Shown: positions 18,547 to 27,399 of the stretch, piece by piece | How positions within the stretch are numbered: the first letter of the stretch is position 1 | Layout: every line of letters begins with the position of its first letter | NCBI GenBank assembly: GCA_001778695.1 | Contig: MFHU01000003.1 | Location: 1,521-65,520, forward strand | Length of the DNA stretch: 64,000 nt | Source of the DNA: Candidatus Giovannonibacteria bacterium RIFCSPHIGHO2_12_FULL_44_22 | Lineage (GTDB): Bacteria > Patescibacteriota > Minisyncoccia > UBA11713 > 2-01-FULL-45-33 | Direction: 5' to 3' | Program-made: the position numbers and the translations under genes | Notes under the pieces: generated by a model | The model's database searches: none | What the model was told of the DNA's origin: nothing | What the model saw: the letters and a program-made list of their open reading frames with translations, nothing else

Positions 18547-18993
18547 ATGAAAGGCATAACACTAATTGAGCTTTTGGTGAGTATTTCAATAATCGCGGTA
18601 ATAGCTACGATTTTTATTTCCGCTTTTTCAACATTTCGCGAAAATAGCCAGCTTTCGGAAGCGCAATCCGCGATTATCGGCTTGTTAAAAGACGCGCGGA
18701 GCCGGACGCTTTCTTCGCAAAATAAAAGCAACTACGGCATTCATTTTGAAACGGCCAAAGCAGTTCTTTTTAAGGGCGATATTTATAATTCGGCAGACGC
18801 TTCTAACGAGCCATATTTTCTGCCAACTGCCGTTCAAATTGGCGCCATAAATCTTACCAATGGGGTGGTGGACACGGTTTTTACCCGCCTTTTGGGCACA
18901 ACAACCGCTTCGGGCACCGTGACTATTTCTTCAAAACGCACTGGCGGCTCCTTCCGCGTCATAACGATTCTGGGCACAGGCAACGCGCAATAA
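18547..18993 (+). CDS. Type IV minor pilin (FimT/GspH-like)
   Basis: Class III signal KGITLIELLV. Confidence 0.9.
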   Translation: MKGITLIELLVSISIIAVIATIFISAFSTFRENSQLSEAQSAIIGLLKDARSRTLSSQNKSNYGIHFETAKAVLFKGDIYNSADASNEPYFLPTAVQIGAINLTNGVVDTVFTRLLGTTTASGTVTISSKRTGGSFRVITILGTGNAQ

Positions 18994-19012
18994 TTTATGG
19001 TAAAATAACATC

Positions 19013-19489
19013 ATGAAAGGTTTTGGCATTTTAGAAATTGTAATTGCGGTTTCAATAATCAGCGCCACGATTTTTTCGCTGTCCTTTGTTTTTATTATTT
19101 CCAGCCGCCTGGAAGAAGCATCTTTAAATAAAATCCGGGCCAATTTTCTTGCCGAAGAAGGTCTGGAAGCTACGCGATTTTTGCGCGACCAAAGCTGGGC
19201 AACTAATCTAGGAGGCCTTTCAATCGGCACAACTTATTATCTATCCTTCAACGCAGTAAACTCCGTTTGGTCTATCAATACATCCAACCCTGGCCTTATT
19301 GATAATTTATTTTTAAGAAAAGTGACGGCGGAAAATGTTTGTAGAAACGACTCTTATGACATTGTAAGCTCCTGCGGGACATTGGATCCGGATACAAAAA
19401 AAATAAATGTATCCGTTGAGTGGCTGGAGCGCGGCTCAACCGCAACTATAAGCGCGAGCACGTATTTATCGGATATTTTTGATAATTAA
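19013..19489 (+). CDS. Type IV minor pilin (PilV-like)
   Basis: KGFGILEIVIA; LAEEGLEA motif. Confidence 0.88.
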   Translation: MKGFGILEIVIAVSIISATIFSLSFVFIISSRLEEASLNKIRANFLAEEGLEATRFLRDQSWATNLGGLSIGTTYYLSFNAVNSVWSINTSNPGLIDNLFLRKVTAENVCRNDSYDIVSSCGTLDPDTKKINVSVEWLERGSTATISASTYLSDIFDN

Positions 19490-19492
19490 AAT

Positions 19493-19960
19493 ATGCGCGG
19501 ATATACATTATTGGAAACAGTGATCTATGTGGGTATTTTAGCGGTTATCGCCGTCTTGGCTTTGGGGTCAATACTTTCCGTTTACAAAGCTTTCGGAAAA
19601 ACAAAAATAGAAAGAAAACTGGCTTTGAACGGTGACATCGCTGTTGAGAGAATGGTGCGCAGTGTCCGTTCGGCGACCAGCACTGATACATCGGTGAGCG
19701 TTTTCGGCATCCACCCCGGAATTTTAAAAATCGGCGGGACGAAATTTTCGCTTTTGGGGTCGGTTTTACAAGTTACAGAGAACGGAGAAGCTCCGCAAGA
19801 TTTAACATCTGACGTGAATGTCAGCAGTTTAGTATTTTACCGCACAGTTTCCGCGAATTCCGAAATAATAAAAATAGAGCTGGCGCTTCAGGCTGGGACT
19901 GGAATATTCCAAAAAAGTAAAAATTTTTACGGGTCGGCGGTATTAAGAGGAGCGTATTAA
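19493..19960 (+). CDS. Type IV minor pilin (PilW-like)
   Basis: RGYTLLETVIY. Confidence 0.88.
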   Translation: MRGYTLLETVIYVGILAVIAVLALGSILSVYKAFGKTKIERKLALNGDIAVERMVRSVRSATSTDTSVSVFGIHPGILKIGGTKFSLLGSVLQVTENGEAPQDLTSDVNVSSLVFYRTVSANSEIIKIELALQAGTGIFQKSKNFYGSAVLRGAY

Positions 19961-19970
19961 ATCTTGAAAC

Positions 19971-21737
19971 ATGAAACTTAAAACGCAAAATCAGGAACAA
20001 GTCCGGCAAAAAACAGGGCAAGCAGCTTTGATTGCGGTGATGCTAATGCTGATAATTATGCTTTCGGCTATTTTTGGAGCTTCGTCAGTTGCTTTAAAAG
20101 AGGCCAAGGTTGCCGAAGAAAATAAAAAATCAAAGCTCTCATTTTTTGCGGCCGAAGCCGGATTGGAAGACGCCGTTTACAGGCTGAAAAGGGGCAAAAT
20201 CGTCAGTTCTTCTTTTTCCATTTTGCTAAACGGCGCGACTTCCAACACCACCGTCACTTCTGCCGGCGGTCGGCGAGACGTGTATTCCGAAGGTGATCTT
20301 GCTGGAAATGTGCGTGCCTTAAACGCCGCGCTTTTAAATAGCGACGGGGTGAGCTTTTATTACGGAGTGCAAGTGGGAGACGGCGGGCTTGAAATGAGCA
20401 ATAACTCCACAATCAACGGCAATGTTTTTTCAAACGGAAGTATTGTCGGAAGCAACGGGACGATTATTACGGGGGACGCGATTGTGGCAGGAGGCATCAA
20501 CACAAATCCCAGCTTGGAATGGGCAATTCAAAATTCGGACAATTTTTTTGCCACAGCGACCGGAAATAGGGATATAACGCAGTCTTTTATCGCCAACGCC
20601 ACCAATAAGCTTAACAAGGTTGCGGTTTATTTGGGAAAAGTCGGCAATCCCACATCAAATATCACTTTGAGAATAAATACCGACAATGGAAATAAGCCAT
20701 CAACAACAAGCATCGCGAGCGCCACAATACAATACACGTCAGTCGGATTGACGCCAGGATGGATAGGTGTCGCGCTTCCTTCCCCGCCGAATATCACTAA
20801 TGGCACAAAATACTGGATAGTTTTGGATTATGGTTCAAACTCCGCTTCCAATTATTGGAATTGGAGAAAAGATTCTTCCGACAATTATTTAAATAACACC
20901 GGCAAATATACTTCAAACTGCTGTTCCGGAAACCCTGTTTGGACGAACGTGGGCGGTGATTTGGCATTTCAAGCTTGGATAGGTGGAGTAAACACAAAAA
21001 TTGATGGATTAACCATAGGAAACGCGAGTTCAGGAACCGGGCGCGCGAATTTATTTGTTAACACAACAATACACGGCTCCGCGTGCCCGAACCAATATTG
21101 CATAGTGGAAAATCCAGCAAGAGAAGAAATGCCTATATCGGCTGGGCTGATACAGGATTGGAAAGACGCTGCGGCGACGGGAGGCATATGTGTACAACCG
21201 CAATGCGATGCACTTGGCAACCTTTTTCTTTCCAATGGAGCATCAGCCAATCTCGGCCCGATAAAAATAAACGGAAATTTAACACTTTCAAATAATGCCA
21301 CATTGACTGTTACTGGAGTCATTTGGGTAGCGGGAAATATAAACGTTTCAAATAATTGCAATGTGCGCTTAAGCCCGAGTTACGGAAGTTTATCTGGCAT
21401 GATAGTTACTGATGGAACGGTGCGCGTGTCTAATAACTGCGTTTTTTCCGGGTCGGGGACTACAGGGAGTTATATAATGCTCCTTTCAGCTAAAAACGCT
21501 CCGACATCCGATGTTATAGAAGTAAACAACAACGCGACCGGAGTAATTTATTACGCCAGCAACGGACGGATTGAATTTGAAAATAACGCTGCCGCCAAAG
21601 AAGCCGTCGCTTACGGAATAGATATGGAAAACGGGGCTACGATTACTTACGAAACCGGCTTGGCTAACATCAATTTTTCCTCCGGACCGTCGGGAGGATG
21701 GGATATTAATAGCTGGCAAGAAACTTTACCGCAATGA
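19971..21737 (+). CDS. PilX-like minor pilin with large Asn/Gly-rich beta-rich extracellular region
   Basis: GQAALIAV..., FFAAEAGLEDA PilX N-terminal motif, SWQE C-terminus. Confidence 0.85.
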   Translation: MKLKTQNQEQVRQKTGQAALIAVMLMLIIMLSAIFGASSVALKEAKVAEENKKSKLSFFAAEAGLEDAVYRLKRGKIVSSSFSILLNGATSNTTVTSAGGRRDVYSEGDLAGNVRALNAALLNSDGVSFYYGVQVGDGGLEMSNNSTINGNVFSNGSIVGSNGTIITGDAIVAGGINTNPSLEWAIQNSDNFFATATGNRDITQSFIANATNKLNKVAVYLGKVGNPTSNITLRINTDNGNKPSTTSIASATIQYTSVGLTPGWIGVALPSPPNITNGTKYWIVLDYGSNSASNYWNWRKDSSDNYLNNTGKYTSNCCSGNPVWTNVGGDLAFQAWIGGVNTKIDGLTIGNASSGTGRANLFVNTTIHGSACPNQYCIVENPAREEMPISAGLIQDWKDAAATGGICVQPQCDALGNLFLSNGASANLGPIKINGNLTLSNNATLTVTGVIWVAGNINVSNNCNVRLSPSYGSLSGMIVTDGTVRVSNNCVFSGSGTTGSYIMLLSAKNAPTSDVIEVNNNATGVIYYASNGRIEFENNAAAKEAVAYGIDMENGATITYETGLANINFSSGPSGGWDINSWQETLPQ

Positions 21738-22786
21738 TGATGCCAAGTTTTTTACGGCTTCCCATTTACGCTTTTGAGCTTTCCGACAAGTCTTACAAAT
21801 ACCTGCGCTTGAAAGAAGAGCGCGGCGGGATTGTGTTGGACGATTTTGGCGAGGGCGAGATCGCCGCCGGAGTTATAGAGCACGGAGAAATCAAAAAAAA
21901 GGACATACTCAAAGCGCTTTTAAAAGAACTTTTTTCCAAAAAAAATATACATTTTACGGCAATTTCTTTGCCGGAAGAAAAAGGATTTTTGGAAAACATC
22001 CAGCTTACGGGAATTAAAGAGAGTGAACTGCGCCAAGCCTTGGAACTGCAATTGGAAGAGCACGTGCCCTTGCCGCCTTCCGAGGTGATTTTTGATTATA
22101 TTTTGGCGCGTAACGAAAAAAATCATTTAGACGTGGCGCTCAACGCTTTTCCGCGCGCTTTGGTTGAAGATTATCTTGAAGTTTTTTCCTCGGCTGGCGT
22201 TTCGCCGACTTTTATGGAATCAGAGCTCACCGCCGCGACAAGATCAATAGTGCCACAGGACTTCGCTTCGCCCGCCATGGTGCTGGATTGGGGCAAAACC
22301 AGAATTAGTTTTTTTATCGTGGAGAACCGCGTTTTAAGATTCGCCTCCACAGTGCCTATAGGCGGCGAGATGCTGGATCAAGCCATAGCCAAAAATTTAA
22401 ACGTGAGCCTTGAAGAAGCCCAAAAATTAAAAGCCAAAAAAGGATTTTTGCAGGACAAGGATTCTTTACCGGTGTTTCAGGCGATTGTGCCAGTTGTTAC
22501 AGCCATACGCGAAGAAGCGGAAAAATATATTAATTTTTGGCAAACCCATTCGGAAAATAAGGAAGCGCCAAAAAAACTTTTTCTTTCGGGTGGGGACGCT
22601 AATCTGCCTGGCTTGCCGCAATATCTGGAGCAAGAGCTGGGTTTGCCGGTGGTTATGGCCAATCCTTGGGTCAACGTGAAATTTCCAAAATACTATCTGC
22701 CCAATTTGGAATTTAAAGACGCCGTCCGTTTCTCGATTTCCATCGGCATGGCTTTGGCCGCGATGGATAAAGAAAAAACCATATGA
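21734..22786 (+). CDS. pilM: Type IV pilus assembly protein PilM
   Basis: Actin-like fold: VLDWGKTR, PIGGE, LSGGDANLPGL, ANPW. Confidence 0.9.
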   Translation: MMMPSFLRLPIYAFELSDKSYKYLRLKEERGGIVLDDFGEGEIAAGVIEHGEIKKKDILKALLKELFSKKNIHFTAISLPEEKGFLENIQLTGIKESELRQALELQLEEHVPLPPSEVIFDYILARNEKNHLDVALNAFPRALVEDYLEVFSSAGVSPTFMESELTAATRSIVPQDFASPAMVLDWGKTRISFFIVENRVLRFASTVPIGGEMLDQAIAKNLNVSLEEAQKLKAKKGFLQDKDSLPVFQAIVPVVTAIREEAEKYINFWQTHSENKEAPKKLFLSGGDANLPGLPQYLEQELGLPVVMANPWVNVKFPKYYLPNLEFKDAVRFSISIGMALAAMDKEKTI

Positions 22787-23349
22787 ACTTACTTACTCCA
22801 AATTATGAAAAAGAATTCCGCCACGAGAAAATTATCCGTGTTTGGATAAGCTTCCTTATAATTTTGATAATCGTCGCCGCTACCGGACTGGTTTTTATGC
22901 TGCCGTCTTATTTCGCGCTCGCGCTTTCCAAGGACGATATTTTGCGCAGGCTTCAGGCCGAAGAAAAAGTATTTGAAAAAAAAGAATTTAAAAGCCTGGA
23001 AGAAAAAATAACGTCTTTAAACGAGAAAATTTTCACTTTTGAAAAGAGCGAAAAAAGGCGGCATGATTTCGCGCCACTTTTAAATAAAATCGCGATCAAT
23101 ACCGTTTCCGGCATCAGCTTAACTTTGATTACTTTAAGTAAAAATGAGCAGGGGCTCTTCACTTTTTCCGTGACGGGAGAAACGGACGCCAGAGACAATC
23201 TTTTAAAATACATCGATCGTTTGAGAGCGGTTAAGGAATTTTCTTCGATAAATTCTCCAGTTGCTAATTTGCTTAAGGAAAATAAAGCTTCTTTTTCCTT
23301 GGAAATTAAAATTAATCCCGAGGCCTACAAATATGAATCTGTTAAATAA
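22783..23349 (+). CDS. PilN-like protein
   Basis: MNLL start motif, one TM helix, follows pilM. Confidence 0.78.
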   Translation: MNLLTPNYEKEFRHEKIIRVWISFLIILIIVAATGLVFMLPSYFALALSKDDILRRLQAEEKVFEKKEFKSLEEKITSLNEKIFTFEKSEKRRHDFAPLLNKIAINTVSGISLTLITLSKNEQGLFTFSVTGETDARDNLLKYIDRLRAVKEFSSINSPVANLLKENKASFSLEIKINPEAYKYESVK

Positions 23350-23869
23350 CAAAAAACCCTTTTGGGCGCTGGCGGCGGGATTTACGATACTGGCCATATT
23401 GGGCGCTTTGATTTGGTTTACTTACGGAAAAATACAGCAGGCCAGCGCCGTTTCCGCGGAAGCCGAAGGCAAAATCGCCCTCTTGGAAAAAAAGGAGCGT
23501 GAATTTTCTTTAGCCGAATCAAACCTCAAAGATTTCGGCCCGGAAATTGATCTTTTGGACGGTGCTTTTCTTTCTGAGGGCACTTTCGTTGATTTTTTAC
23601 GCCTTTTGGAAAGCCTGGCCAAAAAAACGGGAGTTAAATTTTCCGCCCAGAACGCCAAGCTGCCTCAATCGGATAAAGAAATAGCCAGCTTGAATTTTGA
23701 AATAACTGGAAATTTCCGCGGAGTTGCCGATTTTTTCGCGCTGCTTGATAAAATTCCCTACGCTGGCATTGTTGATAGCGCCATTATTTCTCCCAAAGCC
23801 GATGGGCAAAAAAGAACCGGCGTGATTACCGCTAGGATAAATTATATTATATTTAATTTCAAAATATGA
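23333..23869 (+). CDS. PilO-like protein
   Basis: TM helix, coiled coil and ITGNFRGVADFFALLDKIP; follows the pilN-like gene. Confidence 0.75.
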   Translation: MNLLNNKKPFWALAAGFTILAILGALIWFTYGKIQQASAVSAEAEGKIALLEKKEREFSLAESNLKDFGPEIDLLDGAFLSEGTFVDFLRLLESLAKKTGVKFSAQNAKLPQSDKEIASLNFEITGNFRGVADFFALLDKIPYAGIVDSAIISPKADGQKRTGVITARINYIIFNFKI

Positions 23870-24162
23870 AGTTAAAAAATTTATTTTCAAAAATAGGGCG
23901 CAGGCCGCAGGGTCCCGTAACCATAGAATCAATCTGGACAGCGGGTTTGGTAATCGCCCTAGTTTTACTTTTAGCGGCGCTTTGGGCGGATTATTTTCTT
24001 ATCTATAAAAAATTCGTGGTGGAGAAATTATTACCGGCGCAATTTGAGGCTTCCGGGTCTTTTCTTAAAAAAACCAATCTGGAAAATGCCGGGAAAAAAC
24101 TCCGCGAGAGAAAAACATTTTTGGATAATCCAACTTCTCAATTTGTGGAAAGCCCTTTTTGA
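23866..24162 (+). CDS. Hypothetical membrane protein, last gene of the pilus operon
   Basis: One TM helix, ends in SPF; overlaps the pilO-like stop. Confidence 0.7.
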   Translation: MKLKNLFSKIGRRPQGPVTIESIWTAGLVIALVLLLAALWADYFLIYKKFVVEKLLPAQFEASGSFLKKTNLENAGKKLRERKTFLDNPTSQFVESPF

Positions 24163-24191
24163 TGTTAGAATTTTTCCGAGTACGAGCTTTT

Positions 24192-24263
24192 CTCCTCGTA
24201 GTTCAATGGATAGAACGGCGCTCTTCTAAGGCGTATATGGGGGTTCGATTCCCTCCGAGGGGA
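24192..24263 (+). tRNA. tRNA-Arg(TCT)
   Basis: CTCCTCG...CGAGGGG-A; anticodon loop CTTCTAA. Confidence 0.92.
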
Positions 24264-24368
24264 TAAAAAATATTTAAATTTAAAAAATCGTATTAAAAAC
24301 TTGCTGTTTTAGGCACAAACATTTGTCGAGTTTGAATGAGAATGTAAGTTATATTATGATTACGATAC

Positions 24369-24617
24369 ATGAGCTATGAACTTACAAAACACGCGAGAGA
24401 ACGAATGGAGGAACGGACTATATCTAAAGAGCTCATTGAGGAGGCCTTGCGTAACCCTACAAAAGTTTGGTATGATGAAGATGGCAGGATTCTTATCAAA
24501 AAGTTATATAAGAAAAAAGACAAGGAAAGGCTTTTGCTCATCATCGGCGAGAAAGCTAACGGAAAATTAAAAATTATTACTATTATTGAGACATCAAAGA
24601 TTAAAAAATATTTATGA
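24369..24617 (+). CDS. DUF4258-like putative toxin (RelE/BrnT-like fold)
   Basis: LTKHARERMEERTIS...IITII pattern. Confidence 0.78.
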   Translation: MSYELTKHARERMEERTISKELIEEALRNPTKVWYDEDGRILIKKLYKKKDKERLLLIIGEKANGKLKIITIIETSKIKKYL

Positions 24618-24853
24618 AAAAGAATAAACCCAAAATTTCATATGACAAAGAGAGCAAGGTGCTAATGGTAGAACTGAAACCAGCAAAAAGCGTGGATTCA
24701 GATATTCATGGCAACATTGTTATTGATTATGACAAAAAAGGAGAAGCCATCAGAGTTAATTTCTATCAGTTTAACTTTGAGGAATTTGCGAAAGGGCTTA
24801 GATCCTTAAAAGAATTTGCACGAGATTCCCGCGCCGCCCTCATTACCAGATAA
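24614..24853 (+). CDS. DUF2283-like protein, putative antitoxin partner
   Basis: ISYDKESKVLMV...IVIDYDKKGEAI; ATGA-type coupling with the upstream gene. Confidence 0.78.
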   Translation: MKKNKPKISYDKESKVLMVELKPAKSVDSDIHGNIVIDYDKKGEAIRVNFYQFNFEEFAKGLRSLKEFARDSRAALITR

Positions 24854-25097
24854 AGAACCCGGAGAAAAACATCGGCGCGAACCATATTTTGATTTTGGGG
24901 GACGGGAAATTTTTTAATCCTAGAATCTATAAAATTTAGGCCTTGAAACAGCAGAGATGCTGATTTTTTGTGGGCTTGACTTCCAGTCCATAATATGCTA
25001 TTCTCAACGGCATCGGAATCATGGTAGAAACCTTGTAAATCCGGTAACCCCGCCACGAGGGCATCGTGGTAACTCAGTACCTTGAAGGAGGAGTCAA

Positions 25098-25463
25098 ATG
25101 ACTCAAAACAATCAGGTCGTTGCCAGTGTTCTGGAAGTTCTCGAAGGAGTGGGGCTCAATCACTCCTGTACGATGGGCAAGGCGGTCATCCTGGAGGGAG
25201 GTCTCAGTGATCACATGAAAGCCCTTCGCGTCTCCACCTTTCGTGACGCCATCACGGGCGGCACCGGATTCATCAACCGCCCTGTCGTCCAGCAGAACAT
25301 GCTTCCGGCTCGCCGAGCTTTGCTCGCCCATGTCGCGAGTGTCCTGCAGGAGAAGGGAGCCACTCTCAAGAGTAAGGAGGACTTTCACGGCCCTACGGTG
25401 GACGAGGTTTACCACTTCGTCATCGAGGGTCAGGAAGTCGACCTCGTGCTCATGCCGGGCTGA
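25098..25463 (+). CDS. Hypothetical protein
   Basis: Strong SD AAGGAGGAG, C-ending codon bias, own promoter (TTGACT..TATTCT, about 24977-25004) and terminator. Confidence 0.72.
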   Translation: MTQNNQVVASVLEVLEGVGLNHSCTMGKAVILEGGLSDHMKALRVSTFRDAITGGTGFINRPVVQQNMLPARRALLAHVASVLQEKGATLKSKEDFHGPTVDEVYHFVIEGQEVDLVLMPG

Positions 25464-25484
25464 ACCAGGCATGCGACATTCCCC

Positions 25485-25527
25485 GAGCCCTTGCGAAACA
25501 CGTTTTCGCTCGGGGCTCTTCTTTTTT
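25485..25527 (+). terminator. Intrinsic terminator
   Basis: GAGCCC..GCGAAA..TTTCGC..GGGCTC followed by TTCTTTTTT. Confidence 0.65.
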
Positions 25528-25730
25528 CTAAAATCATTGTAATTTTCATAAAAATTGATTATTCTTTAGGTATTCGCTTTGCGAATTCTGAATTAGTTGC
25601 CGCCAAAGAAAAATTGGAAATTGTTATCGGTGCGGCTTCGCCGCAAATTCTAAATTTTTTCGTGGGGGGAATTCCTCGCCGCCTGCGGCGGCGAAAACCG
25701 TTCGAACTATCTCAAGAATACCGCGAAAAC

Positions 25731-26075
25731 ATGAAATTGACAGAAAAAATATCAAAAGTATTTATAGAAACACTGCCAATATTTTTTGGAATACTCTTGT
25801 CATATTTATTTTGGGAAAATAATATGTTGCTTTTTATAATTTATCTTGCGTTAACTTTGGGCTTGATTTATTTTCATAAGGACAAAATCGAATTTATTAT
25901 TTTCGCATATGGTATTTTGGTCGGCGCAATCGTTGAAATTATCGGCACTCAAGTTAGTGGCTATCAATCTTTTACGAAACCTGATTTTGGGGGTATTCCT
26001 ATATGGCTGCCTGTTGTTTGGGGATATGGCTTTGTTGCAATGAAACGAATCAGTTTCGTTCTTAAAAACTTATAA
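25731..26075 (+). CDS. Small integral membrane protein (DUF2878-like)
   Basis: Four hydrophobic segments; GIPIWLPVVWG; ATG 25731. Confidence 0.65.
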   Translation: MKLTEKISKVFIETLPIFFGILLSYLFWENNMLLFIIYLALTLGLIYFHKDKIEFIIFAYGILVGAIVEIIGTQVSGYQSFTKPDFGGIPIWLPVVWGYGFVAMKRISFVLKNL

Positions 26076-26236
26076 GTTTCTAATTTGCAATCTCCACACT
26101 ATAGCTGGCAAATTGCAAATTCTATTTATCGCTAAAAAATTTAATGTGATGAGTATACTCGTTTTTGCTCGATCGTAGCAAATTGAGTATATATGTTTTT
26201 GTCTTTAGTTTCTTTAGTTTTAAGTATTTTTACTAT

Positions 26237-26677
26237 TTACTCATTCTTCACTTTGAGTTTTGAGATGCGGGCTTTGTCCAGTTTGGGGAGTTTGATAGTT
26301 AAAAGGCCGTTTTTCATTGTCGCTTCCGCTTCGTCGGAATCAACTTCCTGCGGAAGCAAAATGGAACGTGAAAACGCGCCCCAATAAAGTTCTTGATAAA
26401 AATAGTCGTTGCCGGAAATTTCCTTTTGGCGCTCGCGCTTTCCGCGGAGCGTTACCATATCATGCGTTACCTCCACATCCAAATCATCTAATCTTACCCC
26501 ACCCACAATCGCTTGCACCATAATTTCTTCCGGCGTTTGCCAGACGTCAATCGTAAGCTGGCCTTCCTCGTCTTGAGGCAGGTCATGTTTCTGGGTTTTG
26601 TGGAGCATTCCGGATTCCTCAACCGGTTCCACTTTAACGCTCCCGGTAAGCCGTTCAAAAAATGATCTTTTTTCCAT
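26237..26677 (-). CDS. Hsp20/alpha-crystallin small heat-shock protein
   Basis: ELYWGAFSRSILLP...ATMKNGLLTIKLPK. Confidence 0.93.
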   Translation of the reverse strand: MEKRSFFERLTGSVKVEPVEESGMLHKTQKHDLPQDEEGQLTIDVWQTPEEIMVQAIVGGVRLDDLDVEVTHDMVTLRGKRERQKEISGNDYFYQELYWGAFSRSILLPQEVDSDEAEATMKNGLLTIKLPKLDKARISKLKVKNE

Positions 26678-26682
26678 ATAAG

Positions 26683-27399
26683 TTATATTTTAGCACGTTT
26701 AGCTCTTTCAAATAAAACCAGGGCAATGGCGGCGCCCAAAATTACGAATGATGTAATCCAAATCTGGTTCAGCACGCCACCTACGCTTTTTATTATAAAA
26801 AAATTATAAAAACCGTGCAACAAGGTGGCGAAAAATAACCCAATAAACAGCTCTCGGAGCCGTCGCTCCTTGTGAAAAAACGAAAAAGCGAACGCGGAGC
26901 CTATGATTGCCGTGGCCGAAACGTGAATCAATAGGGCATTGATAAACCGGAAAGCGCTGACCATGACGGATTGGGTTACGCCGACTTTCAGAGACTCGCC
27001 CAAAAATAAAATATTTTCCAGCGCCGCGAAACCCAAAGCGGCCGCGACCATGTAAATCATGGCGTCCACGGGCTCGTCAAAATATTTGCTGCGGATGGCC
27101 GTAAAAAAAGCCGCGGCGGTTTTGGTGATTTCCTCCAAAAAAGCGAACCCGAAAATATTTAATATTGAGAACCAAAAAGCTCCGTATCCGAAAAATTTTT
27201 GGAAAACATTATTTGCCGAAGAAAAACTATTTTCCAAAATTATCGCCACAACCACTCCTAGCATGCCGGCAAGAAACACTAGTAAAATTTCCCGGCGCGG
27301 CTCTGGATGGTCATCCTCTTTCAGCCAAAACCAAAGCCAAAAAAGTGAAGGCAGAAATGCCAGCGCTCCCGCCAAAAAAATATAAGCTAGGAAATCCAT
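26683..27399 (-). CDS. PrsW-family intramembrane metalloprotease
   Basis: EP, EEITK, ALGFAALENI, H...LLHGFYN motifs. Confidence 0.92.
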   Translation of the reverse strand: MDFLAYIFLAGALAFLPSLFWLWFWLKEDDHPEPRREILLVFLAGMLGVVVAIILENSFSSANNVFQKFFGYGAFWFSILNIFGFAFLEEITKTAAAFFTAIRSKYFDEPVDAMIYMVAAALGFAALENILFLGESLKVGVTQSVMVSAFRFINALLIHVSATAIIGSAFAFSFFHKERRLRELFIGLFFATLLHGFYNFFIIKSVGGVLNQIWITSFVILGAAIALVLFERAKRAKI

